Virus record (IMG/VR): IMGVR_UViG_3300028024_000105
Location: 1 to 64,000 of that record
Origin: a virus
Strand: one strand, 5' to 3'
DNA length: 64,000 nt
In this document: positions 17,838 through 26,280 of the stretch, in pieces
Layout of the letters: every line of letters begins with the position of its first letter
How positions within the stretch are numbered: the first letter of the stretch is position 1
Translations under genes and position numbers: made by a program
The notes under the pieces: model-generated
Databases searched by the model: none
What the model saw: the letters and a program-made list of their open reading frames with translations, nothing else
What the model was told of the DNA's origin: nothing

Positions 17838-18500
17838 ATGAATCTCGGCGACCGCATGAAGGCGTACGAGACGGCGACGCACTTCGTCCTGCCCGTCCGC
17901 ATGCCGGTGATCATCCGTCTGGACGGCAAGGCGTTCCACACACTGACCCGGGACTGCCTGAAGCCGTTCGACAGCACGCTCCGGCGGGCCATGGTTGAGG
18001 CGACGCTGGCTCTCCTGGACGAGATCCCGGCCCGGGTCGCCTACCACCAGTCCGACGAGGTCTCGCTGCTCCTGATCGACTACAACCTGTTCAACAGCCA
18101 GCAGTGGTTTCGCGGGCAGATCCAGAAGATGGCCAGCGTCGCGGCGTCGATCATGGGCGCCGAGTTCAGCATGAACTGGGGCAGCCCCGGCTACTTCGAC
18201 GCCCGGGTGTTCGCCGTTCCCGAGCGAGACGTCGAGAATTACTTCCTGTGGCGCCAGCGCGACGCCATGCGGAACGCCATCAGCGGCGCGGCGCAGGCGT
18301 ACTTCCCACCCGCCGCCCTGCACGGCCTGGACACCACGGCGATGATCGTCCTGCTCGACCAGATCGGCGTCACCTTCGAGGAGTACCCGGCCTGGTACCG
18401 GCGCGGCACGCTCGCGATGCGCGGACTCGCCGTCTCGGCGCCGGATTTCTCCGGGCCGGAGCACGTGATCCAACAGTTCCTCGAAATCGAAGAGCAGTAG
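17838..18500 (+). CDS. tRNA(His) guanylyltransferase Thg1-like protein (3'-5' polymerase)
   Basis: RMKAYE, IIRLDGKAFH, QSDEVSL, FDARVF, YFLWRQRDA.RN. Confidence 0.93.
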   Translation: MNLGDRMKAYETATHFVLPVRMPVIIRLDGKAFHTLTRDCLKPFDSTLRRAMVEATLALLDEIPARVAYHQSDEVSLLLIDYNLFNSQQWFRGQIQKMASVAASIMGAEFSMNWGSPGYFDARVFAVPERDVENYFLWRQRDAMRNAISGAAQAYFPPAALHGLDTTAMIVLLDQIGVTFEEYPAWYRRGTLAMRGLAVSAPDFSGPEHVIQQFLEIEEQ

Positions 18501-18665
18501 TTCCAAGATTCCTGTGGTGCCGCGTCCTACGGACCATGGGAACCGCGACGAGGGCTGACGGGCCGCCATCGCGTGTAAGACTCTTCACGGTCGTGTCCGG
18601 GTCGCCGGACCGGCGAGGATCTGCTCCATTAAAATCCTGATCTCTTTCTCTATACGGAGGGCGCC

Positions 18666-19094
18666 ATGAAGCGATTCGCGATGTTCCTGGGTCTCCTGCT
18701 CGTCCTGACGATGTTCAGCGGCTGCACCGCCGTCCCGCCCGATCCGGGCCCGAACGCCCACGTGAAGTTCGAGGAATTCAAGACGACCGGCACGCACACG
18801 ATCAACAAGGAGACGTCGGCGGAACACGACCTGGTCGTGACCTTCTTCGACACGTCGGGCGTGATGCTCGCGTCGATCAAGTGCGAGCACGGCATGACGC
18901 TGCTGAACGGATCGCAGGCGGCCGACCTGTACAAGCGCCTGACCGCCGGTCGCGACAAGCCGCGAACCCCGCTCACGAATCCCGAACAGGCCAGCTACGC
19001 GCCGAAGACTGGAGCAGCTCGAATGTGTGAGCTGTGCGAGATCGCGGCGATGCGCCACGCGGGCTGGCGGCTGTCGAACCGAACCGACATCTGA
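18666..19094 (+). CDS. Predicted lipoprotein
   Basis: MKR, hydrophobic stretch, FSGC lipobox; GGAGG SD. Confidence 0.65.
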   Translation: MKRFAMFLGLLLVLTMFSGCTAVPPDPGPNAHVKFEEFKTTGTHTINKETSAEHDLVVTFFDTSGVMLASIKCEHGMTLLNGSQAADLYKRLTAGRDKPRTPLTNPEQASYAPKTGAARMCELCEIAAMRHAGWRLSNRTDI

Positions 19095-19200
19095 CGAACC
19101 GACCATCGGGCTGTAACAGGGGAGCAAGCAGTAAAGACCAGCCCGCCCCCGAAGCGCGCAGTACGGCGCACGGGCTGGCAAAAATTGTGAGGATGAAGAC

Positions 19201-19539
19201 ATGAAAGACGTGACCGAGACGCTGGCCCTGGGGATGGCCGACCTGAGCACCAAGGAGCTGCGGAACCTGAAGTTCCACCTGGAGAAGAAGTCCCCGATCA
19301 TCTGCGGGAAGGATGCCAATCTGTTCGCGAAGCCCGGATGCGGCTGTCCCGCGACGCTCGCGGCGGCCCGCCGCCTGCCCAAGGACACGACGCGCTGGGG
19401 GTCCGGCTCCGTGAGCGACGCGTGGGAAAAGATCACGAACGCCACGGGCGGCAACAAGTTCTACAACGCGCTGCGCAAGGCCCAGCCGCGCCACGTCCGC
19501 GCCGCCATCGAGAAGGCCCTGGAGCTGCGCGGCATCTGA
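19201..19539 (+). CDS. Hypothetical protein
   Basis: Coding-like codon usage, SD. Confidence 0.55.
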   Translation: MKDVTETLALGMADLSTKELRNLKFHLEKKSPIICGKDANLFAKPGCGCPATLAAARRLPKDTTRWGSGSVSDAWEKITNATGGNKFYNALRKAQPRHVRAAIEKALELRGI

Positions 19540-19549
19540 CGAGGACAGC

Positions 19550-19858
19550 ATGAACGAGAACAAGCCCGCTCCCGAGCTGATGCGGATCGTCGACAAGGAC
19601 CGCATCGTGCCCATCAAGCACGGACCGCCGAACAAGGTGAAAGGTCCGGGTCTCCTGGCGCGCATCCACGCCGCCAAGAGCGTCGACGAGGTCGACAGCT
19701 TGGTGCGCGAGGGAAGCCTCTACCGTGGGGCGTCGATCCGGACCCGTCAGCGCTGGGTCCGCGCGGCAGCCAACCGGAAGGTGGCCATCACCGCCCCGGC
19801 GCCGCAGCCCAAGGCCGAGCAGCCGAAGAAGGACAAGAAGCCACCCAAGCCGAAATAG
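19550..19858 (+). CDS. Basic hypothetical protein
   Basis: GAGGA SD; Lys/Pro-rich tail. Confidence 0.55.
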   Translation: MNENKPAPELMRIVDKDRIVPIKHGPPNKVKGPGLLARIHAAKSVDEVDSLVREGSLYRGASIRTRQRWVRAAANRKVAITAPAPQPKAEQPKKDKKPPKPK

Positions 19859-19882
19859 ACGCATCTCGCGTCACCTTCGGCC

Positions 19883-20015
19883 GACCGCAGGGCGAGCGCC
19901 GTATCAGCGGCCCGCGCCCGGAAGAGTGCAATAGAGCCGCAACGTCTACTGATAATAGCGCGCGGTTCACTGGTCTTGAAAGCCAGACTCGCGGGATCGT
20001 AACCCGCTGCGGTCA
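19883..20015 (+). tRNA. Atypical tRNA-like gene, Ser(TGA) anticodon, greatly expanded D arm
   Basis: GACCGCA/TGCGGTC acceptor; CTGGT-CTTGAAA-GCCAG; T arm GCGGG-ATCGTAA-CCCGC; about 80 nt between acceptor and anticodon arms. Confidence 0.6.
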
Positions 20016-20022
20016 AATTTCT

Positions 20023-20123
20023 GGGGTCGTGGCGAAAGAGGGCAAACGCGGGGTGCGCCCTGGACCCTGTCTGAGCAGGTCGACCTGAACTCGGACTTGA
20101 TGGTTCGACTCCATCCGGCCCCA
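20023..20123 (+). tRNA. Atypical class II (Leu-like body) tRNA-like gene with degenerate anticodon arm
   Basis: GGGGTCG/CGGCCCC-A; D arm GCG-AAAGAGGGCAAA-CGC; T arm GATGG-TTCGACT-CCATC; very long variable arm. Confidence 0.65.
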
Positions 20124-20356
20124 ACAAAATTAAGCGTGTCGGTCTCGCGGAGTGAGTGCGGCAAGGAGTGGCCCAAGCCGTGCAATGCCCTGAAAAGGAC
20201 TCCCGACCACCCGAGACCGGCAATCTTGGCCTGCGTTGCAGCGTGGGCCGGTGACCGTGATGCTGGAGCAAAGGGCGCCGCACAGGCTCGTGTCGATCAT
20301 CACCCGGTTCAAGCGCGCGAGATCCTGACGCCGGGGGCGGCCACGGTCACCAGAAT

Positions 20357-21049
20357 TTAGTCGCCGAGGAACTCGAGGAGCGCGACCGGTCCGACCGAGA
20401 AGGTGATGTGCGGAAGAGGATGGACTCGCTGCCCGTCCAAGAGCCACACCTGGACGAGGACGCCGACGAGCCGCCACTTGCCGTCGATCTGCACGAAGAC
20501 ACCGCCGCCGCTGTTGCCGTAGATCGCGTTCGCCGACTGCCGCATCAGGCCGCCCTCGTTGAAATCGCAGAGCATGCCCGACGTGATGTGCGTGGTGTGA
20601 ACTTCGACGGGGTAGCCCGAGATCAGGCACTGCTGGTAGATCGTCAGCTCCCGCTGGTACTGCTTCTTCGTGATCACAGAGGCGGCCGAGCCCCAGACCG
20701 GCATGGTCTCGACCAGCGCAAGATCGGCCTTCGGGTCGACCTTGACGACCTTGCCGAGCGCAGTGATCACTTCTCCGGACATGCCGTCGATGTAGGACAC
20801 CTTCACCGACTTGTAGGTCCCGACCACGTGCTTGGCGGTTACGATCTGTGCGACCGTATCCGTCATCCGGACTACGATGCCCGAGCCGCCCCCGCCGTTG
20901 GAGGTGTCGATCTTCACCGTGCAGGCCGCCACTTCCTTGTTGATCTTGTAGGCCGCGCAGACCGCCGTGGGCGCCTGGAAGCACCTGTCGACGGCGGCCA
21001 CAGAGAGAAACGCCATCAGAATGAGAGTCCAAATGTGCATTTTCTTCAT
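20357..21049 (-). CDS. Secreted trypsin-like serine protease
   Basis: Signal peptide; TAKHV, DLAL, GNSGG catalytic triad. Confidence 0.88.
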   Translation of the reverse strand: MKKMHIWTLILMAFLSVAAVDRCFQAPTAVCAAYKINKEVAACTVKIDTSNGGGGSGIVVRMTDTVAQIVTAKHVVGTYKSVKVSYIDGMSGEVITALGKVVKVDPKADLALVETMPVWGSAASVITKKQYQRELTIYQQCLISGYPVEVHTTHITSGMLCDFNEGGLMRQSANAIYGNSGGGVFVQIDGKWRLVGVLVQVWLLDGQRVHPLPHITFSVGPVALLEFLGD

Positions 21050-21226
21050 ACGAATCTCCTATAAACCCTTGGACGGCACGTCCTACGGGATGTGGGCATC
21101 AATGTGATGGGTGAGTCGTTCAAATTGATGCACATTCGCATAAAATGTGGTAACAGGATTGCAGATAGCGCAGTCTTGATTGCCGGGTAAGGGGCGTTCA
21201 AAAGCCAGTAGAACGGGTGGTGGGAC

Positions 21227-21799
21227 ATGGCAGAGATCGGCAGCATTGTTTCCGCGCGTCCGACGTTCGAAGATCGGCTGAAGAGGTACAACGGGTGGCT
21301 GCACAAGGTGGCGGCCCACCACTCGGGCACGCATCCCTACGGGGGTGAGGACGACATCTTTCAGGACCTATGCCTGGTCCTCTTCAAGTGCCACGAGAAG
21401 TACGTCACCGAAACTGGTGGCTGCCTCTCATTCCCCGGCGGCGAATTCCACAACCTGTTCGCCACGGCGGTCGCCAACCAGATCGCATCGCACTTCCGTC
21501 TCAAGATGCTGGAGCACGACAAGAAGATGTTCCGCATCGACGCCGCCAAGGCGCGCGGAACGGTCGGCAACGGCGGTCGCGAGCAAGGCTCTGAACCCGA
21601 CGTCGTCGCTCTCGCGTCGGCCGTCCGGACCGAGGAGTCCGAAGACTTCTACCGCGCCGGGATCTTCGATCTGATCGGCGAGCTGGACCCCGAGACGGCC
21701 AAGGTCGTCATGGAGGCGCTGGAGCCGCAGAACCGGGGGCCGAAGGCCGGGCGCGCGGCGGCCTACCACAAGGTCCGCAACAAGCTGAACGATCTGTGA
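21227..21799 (+). CDS. Sigma-factor-like protein (region 2-like)
   Basis: Y.GWLHKVA...EDDIFQDLCL.LF.C..KY...F..LF..AV.N resembles sigma region 2. Confidence 0.6.
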   Translation: MAEIGSIVSARPTFEDRLKRYNGWLHKVAAHHSGTHPYGGEDDIFQDLCLVLFKCHEKYVTETGGCLSFPGGEFHNLFATAVANQIASHFRLKMLEHDKKMFRIDAAKARGTVGNGGREQGSEPDVVALASAVRTEESEDFYRAGIFDLIGELDPETAKVVMEALEPQNRGPKAGRAAAYHKVRNKLNDL

Positions 21800-22182
21800 T
21801 CAAGCCGGACTGTTACGGCAGGCTGCACGATCCGAAGAACACATGGTGCAAGGGCTGCGCGCTCTTCCTACCCTGCGCCATCGCTTCCGCCAAGGCGCCG
21901 CCGGGCGACATTGCCGAAATAGGCCACATCACGAGGAGTCCAAGCGAACGCCCCAACCTATTCAAGGAGGGCTCGCGCGCCTGGGCTGCCTGCCGGGCCG
22001 CGAACCTGAAAGGCGGGACGTTCCGAGAATCCGAGATCCTGCCGCTGTACATGGCGACCTGCCGTGCCTGGGGCATCGAGCCCGGCAGCGCGGAGCGAAA
22101 CGTCCACCACGCCGTCGTGCAAATGGTGAAGCGGGGCGTCCTACGGAGAGTACGGAAATCCTACATGTCTCATGCTGACTGA
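21796..22182 (+). CDS. Hypothetical protein, N-terminal Cys cluster, possible winged helix
   Basis: CYG..D....CKGC....C. Confidence 0.55.
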   Translation: MIKPDCYGRLHDPKNTWCKGCALFLPCAIASAKAPPGDIAEIGHITRSPSERPNLFKEGSRAWAACRAANLKGGTFRESEILPLYMATCRAWGIEPGSAERNVHHAVVQMVKRGVLRRVRKSYMSHAD

Positions 22183-25100
22183 CGCCGACTTCACCGACCT
22201 GCACGTCCATTCCAGTTTCTCTCTCCTAGACGGCGCCGCGAATCCCGAACAGTTGCTCGAGGCCAGCCAGCGTCTGGGCCGAAAGCACATGGCCGTGACG
22301 GATCACGGGAACGTCGACGGCTGGCTCCGATTCCAGAAGGCCGCCAAGAAGATGGACGTCAAGCCCATCTTCGGCATCGAGCTGTTCATGCTCGAGAACT
22401 TCGAGGAGCGCCACACCGGCAAGCCAAAGAACCTCCACCTGACGGCCATCGCCAAGACCGAGCAGGGCCTGGGCAAGCTCGTGCAGGCGTGCGGCTTCGC
22501 GAACATGGAGGGGATGGGAAAGAGCGGCTACGCCGCCCGGCCGTTCCTTCCGATGGACTACCCCATCGTGAACAAGTGGCCCGGCGACGTGATCATCATG
22601 ACCGGCTGCGCCAGCTCGCCTTTCTGGAACGCCGCCGACGGGATCGAGCTGCTCGGCTACTACGCCGACGCGTTCAAGGGCGACCTGTACGCGGAGATCA
22701 TGCCGAACGAGGAGTTCGAGCTGCAGAAGACGATCAACGCGTCGGCGATGCAGGCCGCGAGCTACTTCGGGATCAAGCCGGTGGTCACCACCGACATCCA
22801 CTACATCTCGCCCGAAGACAGCGAGTTCCACGAGGTCGTCATCGGCCTGTCCCAGAAGTACATGACCTGGAGCAACCCGAAGCGCTGGAAGTTCGAGTCG
22901 CACAACAACTACGTCCACAACATCACGCAACTAGTCGAATCCCTCATGCGCATGGGCCTGACCGAAGAGCAGGTCCGGCAGATGGTGTTCAGCACCAGCG
23001 AGATCGCCGAGAAGACCATCCACAAGATCCACCAGCCGACCATCAAGTTGCCGCCAGTGATCGGAGACATCAGTGAAGAAGAAGAGCGAGAGCGGTTCCT
23101 ACAGCTCGTCCTCGACGGGCTCCGCACCCGAGGCGTTGCGAACACGCCCGGGTATCTCGAGCGCGTCGCGGCCGAATACGACATCATCGCTCCCAAGGGC
23201 TTCGTCCGGTACATGCTCATGGTTTGGGACGTGGTGCGCTGGGCCAAGTCGCACGGCATTCTTATCGGTCCGGCGCGCGGTTCTGTGGGTGGGAGCCTGG
23301 TTGCGTTTGCTCTTGGAATAACCGACATCGACCCGATCAAGTACCGGCTCTGGTTCGAGCGCTTCATCGACCCCGAGCGCATCGACATGCCGGACATCGA
23401 CATCGACATCGAGGACCGCAACCGACACCTGGTCGAGCAGTACCTCAAGGAGAAGTACGGCCAGTGGAACGTCGCGCACGTCTCGACCTTCGCGTCGATG
23501 CTGGGCAAGATGGCGCTGAAGGACGTCGGCCGCCTGTTCGAGGTCCCGCTCGCCGAAGTGCAGAAGATGTGCAACTGCATCATCCACGCACACGAGTCGG
23601 ACGTCCGAGCGCACCTGACGATTCAGGACACCATCGCGAGCGGCGACGCGACGGCCGTCGAGTTCCAGAAGAAATACCCTCATGTCGTCCACTTCGCCCA
23701 GAAGCTCGAGGGGCAGGTCCGTGGGTGCGGCATCCACGCGGCCGGGTTCGTGATCTCCGACGAGGACCTGCGCACGTCGGCGCGCGCCTACCTAGTCACC
23801 CGGCGCGACAAGGTCACGATCAACTGGGACAAGAACGACGCCGAATCCATGGGCTTCGTCAAGCTCGACCTGCTCGGGCTGCAGACTCTGTCGGCCGTCG
23901 CCGAGGCATCGCGTCTGATCGAGGCGCGCCACGGACGCAAGATCGACTTCACTCAGCTCCCCCTGGATGACCCCAAGACGTACGAGATGATCCAGCGCGG
24001 CGACACGGTGACCTGCTTCCAGATCAACACGCCCAGCATGCAGAGGTACTGCGCGAAGCTGAAGCCCGAGAACTTCGAGCACCTGGCCGCCATCACCGCG
24101 CTGTGGCGCCCCGGCCCAATCCAGTCCGGCGCCGCAGACATGTACGCCAAGTGCAAGAACGGCCTGGAGCCTGTCCACTACGCCAGCGACGCCTTCAAGA
24201 GCATCACCGAGATCAGCTACGGGCAGATGATCTATCAGGAGCAGGTTGCCCAGATGCTGATGAAGCTGGCGGGCTACACCTACGCGCAGGCCGACAAGGT
24301 CCGCAAGATCGTGTCGAAGAAGGGCGGCGTTCAGGCGTGGGACGACGAGGAGCCCAAGTTCGTGGCGGGCTGCGAGAAGATCGGCCTGCTGAACCCCGAT
24401 CAGGCACACGAGCTGTGGCAGTCCTCCAAGATGTTCGCGCTCTACGCGTTCAACCGTGCGCACTCGGTCGGCTACGGCATGCTGGCCTACTGGACCGCGT
24501 ACCTGAAGGCGAACTACCCGGCCGAGTGGCTCTGCTCGTTCCTGAACTACGGCAACGCGGACCGCGAGGATCTGAAGACCGGGGAGATCAACCGAGATGT
24601 TGCTCTGCGCGAGGCCCTGCGCTCGGGCATCGAGATCCTGGTCCCCGACATCAACGAGTCCGACGTGATCTGGACCGTGGCAACGACCAAGCACAACAAG
24701 CCCGCCCTTCGGGTCGGCCTGCAGGACATCAAGTTTGTCGGCGAGACGGCTGTCGAGGAGATCCAGAAGCTGAAGTCCCGTACCCGCCAGATCGAGACGC
24801 TCGAGAAGTTCGTGCTCGAAGGGGTCGACCGGCGCTGCTGCAACAAGAAGGTGATCAAGGCTCTATTCTACTGCGGCGCTTTCGATCAGATCATCTCGCC
24901 CGACATCTACGACCGCTGGGTGAAGCAGTACGACCAGATGTACGACACCATGGAGAAGCCCAAGAAGCGGGCCGAGCTGCTTGCGACCGCCGTTCCTGAA
25001 GGTGAGAAGCAGGAGATCATCGCGCGCGAGCGCAACATCTTCCTGCGGTTCGATCCTCTCGCCATCGACGGTGCGAACGCGGCCGAGCGCATGGCCAAGA

Positions 25101-25798
25101 TCCTGGGAGGCACGCTCGACCTGGACGCCGAGGAGCCCTTCATCCAGCGTGGCGAACTGAAATGGCCGGTCTCCGATGCTACTCTTGGATTGCTGCCCGG
25201 CGCCAACGGCGTGCTCGGCGAACGTCCGGCGGACGTCCGGCAGATCCGCAAGGACACCAAGGACTGCCAGCTCTGCGACCTGCGTGGCTCCTGCAAGGCA
25301 CCCGTGCCCGTCGACCCGGGCCAGCTCGACATCATGGTGGTGGCCGAGGCGCCCGGGAAGAACGAGGACAAGGTCGGCAAGCCGCTGATCGGAGACTCCG
25401 GAAACGTGCTCTGGCCTGAGCTGGAGCGTCTCGGTGTCTCTCGCGAGATGGTCTACGTCTCGAACTCCGTCAAATGCCTGCCCCCGGCGAAGACCAAGCC
25501 CACGCCCGAGCAGATCGACGGTTGCCCGTGGCTCGAGAAGGAGATCAAGGCCATCAAGCCGAAGACCATCCTGGCGCTGGGCAACTCCGCGCTCTACTAC
25601 TTCACGGGGAAGGAGAAGGGCATCATGGAGATGAACGGCAAGACGGAGTGGAACACCAAGGCGAACGCGTGGGTGACCTTCTGCATCCACCCGGCCAATC
25701 TGCTGTACGCGCGCGAGGCCGAGGAACTGGCGTCCCGGGAGCTGATGTTCCGCGAGGCGTTGACCGAATTCGCGCGGGTCATTTTTCAATTTGCATGA
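22172..25798 (+). CDS. dnaE: DNA polymerase III alpha subunit with C-terminal family-4 UDG domain
   Basis: PHP DLHVHS/TDHG; GPARGS, FERFIDPER..MPDIDID, KLDLLGL, YAFNRAHS; C-terminal CxxC..C, AEAPG, NSVKC.PP, HPA. Confidence 0.95.
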   Translation: MLTDADFTDLHVHSSFSLLDGAANPEQLLEASQRLGRKHMAVTDHGNVDGWLRFQKAAKKMDVKPIFGIELFMLENFEERHTGKPKNLHLTAIAKTEQGLGKLVQACGFANMEGMGKSGYAARPFLPMDYPIVNKWPGDVIIMTGCASSPFWNAADGIELLGYYADAFKGDLYAEIMPNEEFELQKTINASAMQAASYFGIKPVVTTDIHYISPEDSEFHEVVIGLSQKYMTWSNPKRWKFESHNNYVHNITQLVESLMRMGLTEEQVRQMVFSTSEIAEKTIHKIHQPTIKLPPVIGDISEEEERERFLQLVLDGLRTRGVANTPGYLERVAAEYDIIAPKGFVRYMLMVWDVVRWAKSHGILIGPARGSVGGSLVAFALGITDIDPIKYRLWFERFIDPERIDMPDIDIDIEDRNRHLVEQYLKEKYGQWNVAHVSTFASMLGKMALKDVGRLFEVPLAEVQKMCNCIIHAHESDVRAHLTIQDTIASGDATAVEFQKKYPHVVHFAQKLEGQVRGCGIHAAGFVISDEDLRTSARAYLVTRRDKVTINWDKNDAESMGFVKLDLLGLQTLSAVAEASRLIEARHGRKIDFTQLPLDDPKTYEMIQRGDTVTCFQINTPSMQRYCAKLKPENFEHLAAITALWRPGPIQSGAADMYAKCKNGLEPVHYASDAFKSITEISYGQMIYQEQVAQMLMKLAGYTYAQADKVRKIVSKKGGVQAWDDEEPKFVAGCEKIGLLNPDQAHELWQSSKMFALYAFNRAHSVGYGMLAYWTAYLKANYPAEWLCSFLNYGNADREDLKTGEINRDVALREALRSGIEILVPDINESDVIWTVATTKHNKPALRVGLQDIKFVGETAVEEIQKLKSRTRQIETLEKFVLEGVDRRCCNKKVIKALFYCGAFDQIISPDIYDRWVKQYDQMYDTMEKPKKRAELLATAVPEGEKQEIIARERNIFLRFDPLAIDGANAAERMAKILGGTLDLDAEEPFIQRGELKWPVSDATLGLLPGANGVLGERPADVRQIRKDTKDCQLCDLRGSCKAPVPVDPGQLDIMVVAEAPGKNEDKVGKPLIGDSGNVLWPELERLGVSREMVYVSNSVKCLPPAKTKPTPEQIDGCPWLEKEIKAIKPKTILALGNSALYYFTGKEKGIMEMNGKTEWNTKANAWVTFCIHPANLLYAREAEELASRELMFREALTEFARVIFQFA

Positions 25799-25818
25799 GT
25801 CCGAGCGTCCTACAGAAC

Positions 25819-26265
25819 ATGACCGCGAAGCTGAAAGTCGTCCTGAAACTCGACGGAGTCGAGCACAAGCTGACGATCCCTGATGACCTTCAGGTGTCCG
25901 TCCAGAGTCTGAACAAGGACCTGGGCGAGCAGCCCGGCTGGTATGCCCACTACGGGCTGATCGCAGCGCGACTCTCGGGAATCCGAGAGCAGAAGGCACA
26001 GGCCCTGAAGGACATTTCAGCCGCCGTCGAGATCGACATCCGCGCCGAGGTCCTGAAGTCCGGAGAGAAGTCGACCGAGGACAAGATCCGGGCCAAGGTC
26101 CAGCTTCACGAGACCGTCATCGGCGCCCGGCAGGATCTGATGGACGCCGAGCGCTCCGCATCCGAAGCATCCGTGATCAAGGAGTCCTTCTACCATCGCA
26201 AGGACGCCCTGATCGCGCTCGCAGCAAACTACCGCGCAGAACTGACACAGCCCAATTCCCACTAG
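25819..26265 (+). CDS. UvsY-like recombination mediator (helical)
   Basis: Helical about 148 aa, upstream of SSB, ending F.HRKDALI.LA...RAE; leaderless ATG. Confidence 0.55.
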   Translation: MTAKLKVVLKLDGVEHKLTIPDDLQVSVQSLNKDLGEQPGWYAHYGLIAARLSGIREQKAQALKDISAAVEIDIRAEVLKSGEKSTEDKIRAKVQLHETVIGARQDLMDAERSASEASVIKESFYHRKDALIALAANYRAELTQPNSH

Positions 26266-26280
26266 TTGTTCGGAGATCGT

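Noticed and set aside
20150-20200. Twister or hammerhead ribozyme
   Set aside because: Only partial GGCCCAAGCC and CTGA matches; core residues are missing
22172-25798. Intein or intron in DnaE
   Set aside because: Motif spacing looks normal; no C/S...HN splice motifs; extra length is explained by the UDG domain
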